Below, in pieces: positions 51,201-63,722 of a stretch of DNA of 64,000 nt (position 1 is the first letter of the stretch; every line of letters begins with the position of its first letter). The position numbers were made by a program, and so were the translations under genes. A model generated the notes under the pieces. It did not search any database, had not been told where the DNA came from, and worked only from the letters and a program-made list of their open reading frames with translations. This stretch comes from Sphyrna mokarran (Eukaryota): positions 87,110,001 to 87,174,000 of the forward strand of contig JAGIQG010000008.1 in assembly GCA_024679065.1 (NCBI GenBank), in the 5' to 3' direction.

Positions 51201-53059
51201 ATCCAGTAACTGCAAGTTTTGGGTTGGAGGTGCCAATTTAACAGTATCCCACCAATAGTGTAATTTTCAGACAGAAATCAGACAAGGTGAGTGAATGGAA
51301 TCAGAAAACAAAAATCAAATACTAAAACTATTGTAGTGAAACAAAATGTATATCTTACCCGTGTTTAAAATTCCATCACTTGACGTGGACATTGGGAAAT
51401 AGGAAACCTCCATATTTCCCTGCAAGCAATATTTATTTTTTCCCAAGCCTCAGACATTTAGTTTTTCATGTTTTAGGAAGTATTATTGATCTCTGACATG
51501 GATTGTCTTTGTAGTTGATTCCAGTAGTCCACTTCGTCCTCCCTTTTATATCCAGGAATTCCCAGGATGTATTTGTTTAAGTTTTAAATGGCAAGTTTTG
51601 AATTATTTTTGTAAGTTTATTATGCAATTATCATTTATTTGAACAGTTTTTATTTTGATGCAAGAGTGCAGAGACTTGAGTAACATTGAAGTTTCTAACT
51701 AGAACTCAGTTCCTCCTAAGATCATGGTAAATTGAGAACAGAGATGCTTTGTGAACAGAGGGGTGTTGGGTTAGTATATGTGGACAAGATTTCTCCTAGT
51801 TTTCAGAGTCAAAACCAGGCTGTCTGTACAGTGCACACAAGCAGGCAACAATTCATGTAAGACTTGAGTCACTAAATTGGTAAATTGAGCTGTACAATGG
51901 AGACCACTGTTAGTCCATGATAGGTTAAACTCTGAGAGCTGAACTCATTTCCTGCAAAATCCTACCTTGTGCCAACTTTACAGTCAACAATAGTTCTTTC
52001 AAATTATAGCCTTTAAAGCTAAAATTCCCATAGTTTGTAGCTTTCATTAGGCACCCCTTTTACTACTAAATGTATTGCATCTGCCCTGTTGTACTATGTA
52101 GGAGCCATTTGTTGAAATATTCTGGGGATTTCTGACATGCAAAGTTAATTTGCCAAAACAAACAAAGTAGTGGTTGTATTTATTTTTACTGATATTAAGG
52201 ACACAAGGAACCTGTAAGTTTCATGAATAGATTATTCTGTTCCAATTTATGAAATTTTCAAGAACTGAGGTAATGCCTTTATAACTTTCTGACAAGTGAT
52301 TTTGTCCCCATCTTATCAAAAAGGGGTATGCTTGCTATTGTGTGTGAATTAGGTCATATCCAAGTATCTTGTGCTGTGGCAGCACTATGTAGTCTTGCTG
52401 CTTAAATATGTTTTTAATACCCCAGAAAATTATATATTAAATGCATTTTGTTTTGGATTTTATGAATAATTGGGACTTTGCATCTTGTGCCATCTTTTGT
52501 ACAGTTCCCAAAATATCTTTGATAGACTTGATTGTTGCTGTGCCTGATGAGGAAATTGGTTCTACAGTAGTTCCATATCTTAGCTGCTATCAGATAAATC
52601 TGAACTAAAGTGTTCATTATTCTATGCTGTAGCACTACGTAAATTCAGCATCCTGTCCCATACTATAACTTGGCGAATAGGCTGATTGCAATGGATTCCC
52701 TTAACCAAATGTGGTCTCCAATCCAAGTTATTGACAAGTGTGAACAAATTGACTTGACTTTTCTGGTCATTTGATTTAAATATACCTTTGCCGCATTGGT
52801 CAGTGTCCACTAGAGAGTTGGATAACAATCTGCTTTTGAGCAAAAAGCTACCATTGTAGCTTAATCACTTAAATTAGCATAAAGCAAGCTTTCAGTTACT
52901 TGTCTAGCCAGCACTATTCTTAATTTAAGGTATTGGCTTATATGGCTAGCTAGTGGAAAGAATCCTAGCTCCTGCCATGTCCCATTCAAGAGCCAAATGC
53001 TCTGCTTTCCCGGAAGACTAAGGAAATTTGTTATGTCTGTCAAAACTCTCACTAGCTTC

Positions 53060-53365
53060 TACAGATGCACATAGGAAACATTCTGGTTTTATCACAGCTT
53101 GTTACGGCTCCTGCTGTGTCCAAGACTGCAATGACCTACAAAGCATCATTAACAAAGCCCAGTCCATCACTCAACCCAACCTCCCATCCATTGACATTGT
53201 CTACACTTCCTGCTGCCTCGGAAAAGCAGCCAACATAATCAAGGACCTGTGCTTCCCAGACAAACTCTCTTCTACCTTTTTCCTTCAGGAAAAAGATACA
53301 AAAGCCTGAGGACATGCACCAACTGACTGAAAAACAGCATCTTCCCTGCTGCCATCAGACTAGGC
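53060..53365 (+). mobile_element. Rex1/Babar-type LINE fragment
   Basis: SGFITACYGSCCVQDCNDLQSIINKAQSITQPNLPSID, homologous to 31055-31350. Confidence 0.85.
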
Positions 53366-53379
53366 ATTTCAACCTGCAG

Positions 53380-53890
53380 CTAGCATTATCCAAACAAGGT
53401 CTAGTAATGTCCCTATTGCCGTTTAAAACCTCTGCGAATGTCTGTGTCCTACCCTTATCAAATTCTGACTATCACTGTCCCCATGCTTGGTGACTGACAT
53501 TGGCTCCTGGTTAAGCAGTACCTTGATTTTGAAATTTATTTTTAAATCCCTCCCATGACTTTGCTGCCGCCAACCTCTGTAATATCCTCCAGCCCTAAAA
53601 TATCCTTCCAGGATATTGATGCTCCTCCAATTCTAGCTTTTTGAGCATCCCCACTTCCAATCACTCTGTGATTGATAGCTGTTACTTAATTCAATGTCTT
53701 AACCTTGTTCTGGAGATCCTCCCTAAATTGGTCCACTTCTTTTTCCAACCAACTTCTTTGACCTGATTATTGATTAATTGTCCTCTTTTCTCTTTATATG
53801 GCTTGGTGTCATGTTTTGTTCTATAATCCTGTGATATGCCTTGAACTGTTTTATTACATTAAAGTCACTGTATAGAAGTTGTTATTTCTT
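53380..53890 (+). mobile_element. L2 LINE 3' end
   Basis: Decayed ITVPML..HWLLV..DFEI..FKSL..LCNILQP motif string and L2-type 3' UTR. Confidence 0.65.
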
Positions 53891-54959
53891 TCCTGTGATC
53901 TGGAAGAAGTCAAAATTGTTCTGTCAGGATCTTTAGTTGCTATTTGAGGAAATGGTAACTGTGACACATGCTTCTTGCATCTTCTAACCAGACTTTTGAA
54001 ATGCTCTCTTAAATCGTGCAAAGCTAGTGGAAACTGAATCAGGATTATGCTTTTGTGTACTGGTGTAACCCAGTGCATAAATGCGGTGCTATATTTCTCT
54101 TTAACCATTTAACATATTGCATCTACTCTTATTTTTCAATTATTCTGTAATGCCATGTTGAATCTTCATAACAACTCGTGTTCCCTTTAGAATTAACTTG
54201 AGAAAACCTAACTTCAGTTTTGAAGTTTGGCTGAAGAGACTGCCTATCAATGGTCTTCTTGAAGATCATGATCAATAATGCTCCTGTGGCTGAGGCCCTT
54301 GGACCAATCATCAATAATATAAAAACTATTAACTATCTCGACCTGCTAGTCATCAAGATTATATTCTTGTCAGAGATGCCCTCTTACTAAAGGATGTAAG
54401 TAACCAGTGGTGCAAGATTCCCACGGTATTTAACAGCACAATTGGAAACTTGCACTGGTGACAAGGAAGCGATTACGAATGTTTGTTTATGCAGCGTTTG
54501 AAGTCAAAGTTTATCCAGAATCCACTGAAAGCAATACGTGCAGCAGCAAGGACTATAAAGGGGCATGCAGTTTATGCACACAGAATTTGGGGTGTTATCT
54601 AACTGCCTGGCAGCAAAAGGCCGCAGTCAATTTCCTTTCCTTCTGGAAGTAATTTTGCTCCTTTTTAGAAGATTATAATCATCTCCGCATTCTAATAGGT
54701 TTTTGAGCACCAATGAACCATAACACAGAAGTCAGCATTAATTATAATCTCAGTGAATTCCAGGAAGTAGAGCCCTTCCCTGTTCATCAGATTCATCGCT
54801 GGAACTGACAATATTTTTGTGTTCCCATACACCACCTTGTTTTTAAATGCACAACTGATGGTCTCTGTACAGATATCATAATTATAACAAAAACATGAGG
54901 CTGTAACTTGAATTGGCTGCACCTGCGAAGACATTGCCTCAATGTTTTACAATAGTGTG

Positions 54960-56703
54960 TTGCAGACGAGCTCTTGCAAAGCCTAAACTGAGCATCGGTA
55001 TGTGTCGCTTGCCTGTGCTGGCTATGAGACCTTAGATAATGATCAAAATTAGATTAATAGGACAATAATTAGCTGCATTGGATTTGTCCTGTTTCTCATG
55101 ATCAGAACGTACCTGGGTAATTTTCTACATTGTTGGTTAGATGTCAGTGTTGTAACTGTATTAAAGCAAGTTAGCTTAGAGCTCAGCTAATCCTGGAGCA
55201 TAGGCTTTCAGAATCATGTGTCTTCAGCTATTTTTTTGATATTATTTGGACTTAACTGAATTGGCTGAATATTGGCACCTGTGATGCTTGGTTCCTCCAT
55301 CATTGAGAATGAGGATATTTTTGGAGTTTCCACCTTCAGTCAGTTTGTTTCATTTTCCGCCATTCATGACAAGATCTGACAGGACTGCAGAGCTTAAACC
55401 TGGCCTGTTAGTTGTGGGATGGTTTAATTCTGCCTACTGAAGGCTACTTGCACTGTTTGGCATGTGTGGTGTAGTTTCATCAAGATAGTATCTCATTTTT
55501 TAGTGTGCCTAATGCTGCTCCTGTCATGCCCTCATGTACACCTCATTGAACTAGGAATTGATTCCTAGCTTGATAATGATGTAAACTGAGGCATATCCTG
55601 GGCAATGAGCTTACAGATTGTAGTTGAATATAATTCTGTTGCTGATGGCCCAGACCCTTGGATCTGTTCTGAATCTATCCCATTTATTACGGTGACAGTT
55701 CTGTACAGCATGATGGTTGGTATTCTTGGTGTGAAAATGAAATGTTTTGTCTATAAAGCTGTGTCACGGTTGCTTCTATCAATATTGTAATAGACAGATA
55801 TATTTGTAATGTGTAGATTGGCGAAAGTCAAATGAAATAGGTTTTCCCCTTTAATTCTTTCACCAACTATGGCTGGCTCAGTCTTGGAATATATCCTTTA
55901 AAACCTGGTCAGTGATTCAACCAAGTCACCTTTGGTGATGGGCAATCAAGTCCCCCACCCAAGTACATTCCGTGCCTTTGCTACCTTTAGTGCTTCTTCC
56001 AAGTGGTAGTCAATATGGAGGAGTACTGATTTACCAGCTCAGGAAGGATGATATTAACAGGAGATTTCCTTGTCCACATTTGATTTGAAGGCTACCTTGT
56101 GGTCCAGTGTTAATATTGAGGACTCCCAGAGCAATTCCCAATTTCCCCCCTCATCACCACCAGCGCTTCCTGCTGGGCTACTCTGCAAATAGAATCGGTC
56201 ACACCCAGGAATGGTGTTGGAAGAGTGAGGCATTGTCTGTACTGTATCATTTTAGTGAGAATGACTATATCAGGCTTTTCCTTGACTAGTCTTCGGAGAG
56301 AGCTGTCCGAATTCGGGCTTAAATCCTCAGATATTAGTAAGGAGAACTTTGCAGTATTGACTAGTTAGGATGTGCCTTTCTTGTTTCTGTTGCCTAATTC
56401 AATGCCAAGCTTTTTTTCAATTTTTCTTTTTGTGGTTTGATGCAACTGCCTTGCTAGAACATTTCTGTGGACCTGGTGTCACATGTAGTCTAGAATGCAT
56501 AAGGATGGAAGATTTCCTTCTCTATGAACCAAATAGATTATTATGGCAATCCAGTAACTTCATGTCACGGTTACTAACACTCTCAATCCAGATTTATTTA
56601 ATAATTTAATTTAAATTCCACCTATTGCTGTGATGGGATTGACCTTTATGTCCTCTGAACAACCACGATTAATAGTCTTGTAAAATTACCACTACACCAT
56701 CAT
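54960..56703 (-). mobile_element. CR1-group LINE (family B) 5' half, with tRNA-like head
   Basis: Reverse strand: head gatggtgtagtggtaa (~56700), endonuclease (~56040-55945), then LKAYAPGL, KITQV..HEKQDKSNAANYCPI and DAQF, matching the 9900-10175 region. Confidence 0.8.
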
Positions 56704-56709
56704 CCCTCT

Positions 56710-57480
56710 GAAGGTAAAGTGAGAGTGAATACTCTTGAGAACCCTTGACATTAAGGCAGCATTTACTGACTGTAGCATCAAGAAGTCCCAGCACAAGTGA
56801 AATCATTGGGAACTGGGAAGACCCTTTGCTGGTTGGAGTTGTAGCTCACCCAGAAGAAGATATCTATGGTTATTGGAGACCAAACATCTCAGCCCCAAGA
56901 CATCACTGCAGGAATCTTCCAGGATATGCTGTCAGCCAACCATTTTCAACTGCTTTATCAGTGACCTTTTCTTCAGCGTAAGGTCCGAAGTGGGGATGTT
57001 CGCTGATGATTACCCAATGTTAAGCACCATTTGAAATTTTTGAGATTGCCAAGTTGCCAGCGGTATATGCAGCAAGACCTGGACAACTTTCAGGCCTGGG
57101 CTGATAAATGACAAATAACATTAATGTCGCACAAGTACCAAGCAAGAACCAATCCAACAAAAGAGAATCTAACAATTTCCCCATGGCATTGCCATTGTTG
57201 AATCCCCTCCGTTGGTATCCTGGGGGTTAACATTAGCCAGAAATTGCCTTTAAATACAATAGTGACGAGCAACTCAGAGGCCAGGAATTTTGCAACAGGA
57301 TTTTTTGACTCCTATTAAATATCTACTTGGCACAAGTCAGGAGCGTGAAGGAATGCAGCTCCAAAAACATTTCAGAAATTCAACACACTCTAGGGCAAAG
57401 CACCCCCCTTGACTGACACCCCATTCATCACTTTTTATTTCCTCCCCACACCACTGGCACATGATGGCAACAGTGGTTGC
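56710..57480 (+). mobile_element. CR1-group LINE (family B) 3' half
   Basis: Begins at aaggtaaagtgagagtga..LDIKAAF (equivalent to ~10228), then VRSEVGMFADD and MQQDLDNFQAWADK; 3' tail missing. Confidence 0.85.
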
Positions 57481-60399
57481 TACTGTAAAAGTAGCAGTAC
57501 AGCAACTTGCCAATTTCCAATTTAAATGTTGTAAAGATATGTTCATATATACCATATCTATTCTTGTAAGTGCTTTAACTCTACTAGTTCATCAATTAGG
57601 CAACAGAGATCTTGCTCGAATCTTCTGGCAGTGGCATTTATGTTTCAATTAAGATGCATAAAATGCAGCCACAAAGTAAAAATTTTACGTTTCATGGGGA
57701 CAATGTTTAACACAGTGCTAACTTATTTGCAGATTATTACTGAAATCACAATTAAGCAAATAAAATATCATGTTTAATAGATCTTAAGGCATTTGAGAAA
57801 AGACAGGATAATATTTCGGGTGTAAATAATTTTTCGGCACTAAGCGGAGGGTGATAAGATTGTATGATTATCAAATCTGTCTATTCAATAGTGAGCAAAA
57901 TCGCAAATACTGAACTGCGCAATGTCTTTGGTTTAGAGAGAAATGGTAAGTCAAGACCTTCAGTAATCCTATAGTGAGAAGTGAAGAAATTAACTAAGAT
58001 TCTCAATTTGGTTGTTTTGTGGTAACCCCAAATGGAATCAATAATCATGGCAGCATTGAAGAAGAATGGGATGTATTCGATTCTATAGCCCTTCATAGAA
58101 AAATAGTCTGCTGCTAATCACAGTGCAGGCTCCTATGTGAAAGTGGTCTTGTCAGATCCATATTACAACAAGAACTATGGTATGTTTTGTGGATTTATGG
58201 GAGTGGGAGGATGGGAGGATGGTGGGTTGCATGGATTGACATTTGAGTAACGTGAAATAAGATGATAGTGGCAAAAGTTAGGACGAATTGATGGCTATTG
58301 GGAAAACTGAATCTAGTATATGATGTGCTTTACATTCACTAAAATTAATCCAACTCCATTGATATTCTGGGGGGTATCATTGATCAGAAACTGAAATGGA
58401 TTAGCCATTTTAATACTGTGGGTACAACTTCTAAACTAATTTCTTCCCTCTGACACCATTCATAATACATTCTCCACTATGATAACAATAGCAAAACATT
58501 AAGAGCTTGTGCAAATATATCCAAATAATTAATGGAGTCCACTAGGTTAGAGTTGGTGCTGATTTGTACTTTGATTTTCAGATTGTTATTGTACAGTTTG
58601 TATTTATGTTGGGATGTAGTTATCTGGTATTTCTATCTGCCAAAACATGAGAGACCTACATTTTAAAAAGTTACGGAAACATTGTATGCAAGTAGTCACC
58701 TGTTTGAAGATCATAGGAGAAAGTGATATGAAGACAAGAAACCCTAGACATAATTATGCATATAATATTTGTTGGTGAAGTTGTTGCAGTCAACTTGTGT
58801 ACTTATTAATTATAAAGATGTGTTGAATTGGTTTTAATGTGGAAACAAATGTTGAATTGTGCAAAATTTGCTCCCACCTTTTATACTAACTTGCCAGGGC
58901 GTGATGTTACCATATCATGTATGTTCATAGGGCTGCTCTTAGAGCAATGGCATCATGTGATATACCATTACAGATACTAATCCATTTCCTTATCCAATGT
59001 CCTCCCTTGCCTTCGTGTTCCCTAACAAAGGGAAGTGCTTTGATTACTTTCATTTTCTTCCTCCTTTATTGCTAAATTTAGAGTCTCTTGTATCATGATA
59101 TATGATAAGTTTTCAATTTATTCTGATGGGTATCGCTGAAGGGAAATGATTGCAATGAAGCAAGTTCAATATGCCTACTACTGTTGTGCAATACGTTCAC
59201 TTAAATTGTTGCCTTATCAGACCCTAACTTGAAAAATCAAATTGACACAGAAGGTTTTTCTATGGACAACAAATATTTGACTGGAATAACAATTTGTTAA
59301 ACTATTAGAAATAATGAAAAAAATCTTCAGTAGCTGACACATTATTAGAAAATGTACATTACATTTTACTTGATGCAAAATGTGCTGTTTGTATGTAACT
59401 TTTTTTTATAATCGCTGCAACATGAAATATGTTAGTAATTGATTATGTATGTTACCGGGTATAAAATTATTGGATTGTCTGCATCATAATAGTGAACTTA
59501 ATAAAAGTATGACATGTGGCAGTTATTTGAGGAATGAAACCCTTTAATTAACATGATTATTGCTTAAGCTGTACATAGTCCGGGATTAACAGTACAAGAT
59601 CTAGTAGCTAGCATGTTTCTGTCCAAACATCTGGGTTACCCCAAGATGCTGAACAAAGGTAGAAAGACATTTGTTTTGTGGTGTGTAAATTTTACATTTG
59701 TAAGTGTAACTGTTGCTATTCCAATCATTTAGAGACCCCTTCCTGGGTGGTTTTCTTTTCTCTGCCACCCCTCCATGCAAATCTGTCAGCAATTGAAGAC
59801 TTGTTACTCAAAAGAAAAGGAAATCCTGCACTTTTCTTTGTGATATGGATTTTATGTAAAGAGTAGCTTCTGTTTTCTAACACTCTCATCAGTGAAAACA
59901 TAGTTTACCTATGCTAACACAGCTATTTGGACAGATGTTAGCTACTGGATTTTGCACTTTTAATCTCAGGTTGTGCACAGTGTTTGGGGAAACAAGTTTG
60001 TTAATTAAAGGATTTCATTCCTGAAATGGCTGGTATATGTCACAGATTTTATTAAATTTGCTAGTACAATGCAGGCGTTCCAATAATTTTGGACATAGAT
60101 AACTAATGACATATTTCACGTTGCAGTGCTGAGGTCTGAAAATATTATAATCAACATTCTGCATACAAACAGGGCAAGTTTTGTATCAATTAAGTAAAAT
60201 GGATATATTTCTTTTTACATTTAGTATTCCTATTAAGATTTTAATAAAAATGAAAGCCAGGAGTTGTCCATTTCCATTAATTAATCTCACTCTGGAAGGA
60301 ATAAATGGGTTTAATGGATTTCTGCAAAGCCAATGTTCTATTATGGCTAATACATGTAAGTTAGCAAAAATTTGTTGAAGGCAAATGGTGTTCAACTAA

Positions 60400-61640
60400 C
60401 TTGAATTGATTTTGTTTTTGAAGCGGGGGCCGATGAGAGCACTATGGTTCGTATTGTATATATGGACTTTCAAAAGGCATTTGACAGTGTATGATATCTG
60501 AACGTCCTTGACATTAATAGCCACTGCCAATCTGGCTAAGACACAAAGTGGAGATGATAGTAGTATTGAGCAATTGGTTTTCAGACCAGAGAGAGATATA
60601 CAATGGTTTTCCATGGGGGCTGGAATTAACTACACTGTGTTCTTTTTGCTATATACTGATGATCTGGATTTGGATGTAGATGGCATTATATCCACATTTG
60701 CAGAACTTGGCAATATTGTTATTAATAATGAGGATAGTAACAGACATCCAGGGCAATATAGATAGGCAAGTACCATAGTGATGGTATAACCATGGACCGT
60801 TTGGCAAATCGTCCATGGCAACCCAACAACATCCCGATGGCCTTTCTGATCCCATCTTCCTGCACGTGGCCCATAAGCCTACAGTTTAGCGTCTCTGAAT
60901 CCACTACCAACTTGGGCAGCAAATTCCAGACACATGGCAGATGAAATTTAATGAACTGTCATGATTAATTTTGTCAAGAATGAGGGGAGGCAGTATGAAC
61001 TAAATAGTATAATTTTGAAGAGGTCTTTGGAATAGAGATACTGTGAAGCATGTGCACACGAATCATTTGACAGTACAAGTTGTGAAGGCAGCTTCTTATA
61101 AAAAGCATATGGCATTCTTGCTTTAGCAATGAAGCCATAGAATGCAAAAATAAGAAGGTTATGCTAAACCTTTCCTAAAAATAGTGGTTGGGCCTCAGTA
61201 GTATTATTTCTCATTTAAGAAGGATAACAATGGTTTGAAGAGAGTACTGAATAGCATAAGGAATGGGAGACCTCAGTTGTGGAATTGAAACTGGAATTGG
61301 TCTTTCTTCTTTGGGAAGGTTACCCAGAGCTTTACTAGAAGTGTTCAGAACCACCAATGGATTTGATAGAATAAATGAAAAGAAGCTACTTCCCATGATC
61401 AGAAAAGATAGGCTGAAGATAATCAGCAAAGAAACTAGGGGTGAAGTTGTATGCAGCACATTGTTGTGACTTAGGATGCATTGCCTGAAAGGATGGTGGA
61501 AGCAGATTGACTTTTTAAAGCAGCAATTCAATTAGATAAATGCTGGAAAAAAAATTATATAATTTGACAGCTCTTTCAACAAACCAGTTCAGGCATGATG
61601 GGCCAAATAACCTTCTGTGCTGTATCGCTGTACGATTCTG
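60400..61640 (+). mobile_element. CR1 LINE RT and 3' end, decayed
   Basis: LYIWTFKRHL (frameshifted YMDFQKAFD), LYTDDLDLDVDGIISTFA, WQMKFN; tail gatgggccaaataaccttctgtgctgtat. Confidence 0.8.
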
Positions 61641-62639
61641 CACTCACTTCACCTGAAGGGGCAATTTGTTGGCATTCTTCTATTTTAAGTTTAGAACAAT
61701 CAGACAGATTGAGTTCATAGATAGTTCTGGAGTTTGAGGGTGATGTACTTGCCAACCATGCTCTGCACTGCCCACAGCTTTCTGAAAAATTACATATGCA
61801 TTCCAAAAACTACAGAGTAGCACACTTGGAGCATTGTGCTGCTTGTGGTGTTTGTTTCATTTTTACTCCCGTATGGTTTGTATCAGTTTACCTTCCTTTA
61901 GACCACTGTGTTGCCTTGAGCAAATTTCTGCTGGCTGTGTTTACACAGAGGGAGAAAAAGCTGAAAGAAGCCAGTTCATGCGTGGTTCTCTATGAAATGC
62001 ATTTTTTGAAAAAAAAATCTATTCCTGTTTCAACCTGTCTGGTCGAGTAGTTTAGACAGATGTGAGCTTGAGCATGTCCTGGCATGACTGCACTGTGCAC
62101 ACACTGTTCTTCACAAAATATGCACTGTCTGACTCAAAAGTAGAAGGTGGGAGTTCTCTTGAGCAAAACCATCTTGTTGAACTGCAATCCTATCAAGTAG
62201 GACGACATATACTCTTTCAGATATATTGCACAAAGAATTTCCTAATTGGAAAAATAACACAGTTCTGATTGAAGAGCGTTTAAAAAGTCCTAGAATCCCA
62301 TGTAATAAAAATTGTATTTAACCAGCTAACTACAGTAAATCAGTGATCCCAGTAATTAATTGTGTTCCACTGTAGATTCTCTTGCTTCATGACTTTTGAC
62401 TGAGCACATTATTGAAATGGTCCATTTTGAGGAATTTAGGAACATGTTTTTTTTTCTTTACCAGCTGTTTTGTCACAATTAAACAGAAGAACAAAATGCT
62501 TATTTCAGGTTCCATGAAAATTGGTAGTCCTTTGGAACCTTTTCCAAGCTAATTTTTGTGTATGCCTAGTTAGATAAAGTGTGTCGAGGAATTTGACAAC
62601 ATATGATCTTTCTGCAAATGCTGTGTGCTTTCTGGCAAG

Positions 62640-62775
62640 GTAGAAATCTGGTTTGAATTGAGCTCAAGCTGAGGCCTTCAGATCTATTTGTGCTAAGACA
62701 GGTCTGATTTTGATACTTGGTCTGGTGCTAAGTTACCTATCTCAGCATCCGGTGTAGCATCTGGCCTCAGCAGCA
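62640..62775 (+). mobile_element. Possible ancient tRNA-derived SINE head (LF-SINE-like)
   Basis: caggtctgattttgatacttggtctggtgctaagttacctatctcagc..ctggcctcagc; recalled similarity only. Confidence 0.4.
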
Positions 62776-63349
62776 TAGAATGATTTCTCAATAAATCCAT
62801 CTTTGGCTGTACTATGCAAATATTTTATATATGGAAAATACATTTTGTTATACCATACTGTGAATATTTTTGTCTCGTCTCATTTTTGGATGTAAAAATT
62901 ATTACATGTATATGCATTTTTCTAAACACAAACATTATTGTTCACATGAACCTGGCATTCGTGTGGGAGTGGGCAGTGCTATAAAAAAAATCCTGTGAAA
63001 GTGAGCAAAACAGAGCATTGAGGATGTAATGTAAAGCTGGAGGTGATTGCAGAGATGATTTAATGGTAAGATAGATATTAAGGAAGCAGGATTTGTGTTG
63101 GAAGCTGAAAACAATCACATTGATGGTCTTTATTTAGCTGTAAAGAACAGTAATGTAGAATACATTGTTGAATGCGTTGGGGATATCAGAAGAAATGGAG
63201 TATAGGTAGAGTTTGGTAACAGCGTAAAAGCTGACCTTGTACTTCAAGATAGTTTTGCTAAAGGGGCTAAATGTTGATCATGAAGAGGAAAAATCTAAGA
63301 GAAAATCTTTATGTTGGGGTACCCAGAGTGTGATACGATAACAAAGAAA

Positions 63350-63722
63350 GAGTGATACTCCCAGAGGACTGTCGGCTGCTTTTCCCTTTTGAGACAGAAT
63401 TGTTGGGTGGCGATTTAATCTAAGGATCACCACCCCTCAGGCAACGAGGATGTTTGGGAAGGCAGTGCCTTCATGGATAACCTCACCTGCTGAAGGGGCA
63501 AATCCTGAAAGATTACTATCTAATAAACTTGTTGGACTTTAACATGGTGTTGTGAGACTTCTTACTGTGTTAACCTCAGCCAGTACAGAGTTTGAACCAT
63601 GTTGTTGATGTTGCTTTATATCACAAACCAGCTGTCCAATCAACTGAGCTAATATGGCAGAAAACATAATTATCAACTTTTTGATCAACATCACAAACCA
63701 GCCATCCAGCTAACTGAGTTGA
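63350..63722 (-). mobile_element. tRNA-derived SINE with a second head fragment and an 85-bp nested insert
   Basis: Reverse complement of the 23580 family; heads caactgagctaa (~63645) and taactgagttga (~63715); insert 63486-63570 flanked by taacctca. Confidence 0.75.

Noticed and set aside
51360-51420. Minus-strand exon candidate (GNMEVSYFPMSTSSDGILNT) with a GTAAG donor
   Set aside because: The acceptor lacks a pyrimidine tract (A-rich) and the peptide is not recognised
58582-58775. Exon-like segment after a ttgattttcag acceptor
   Set aside because: All three frames contain stop codons and the donor is weak
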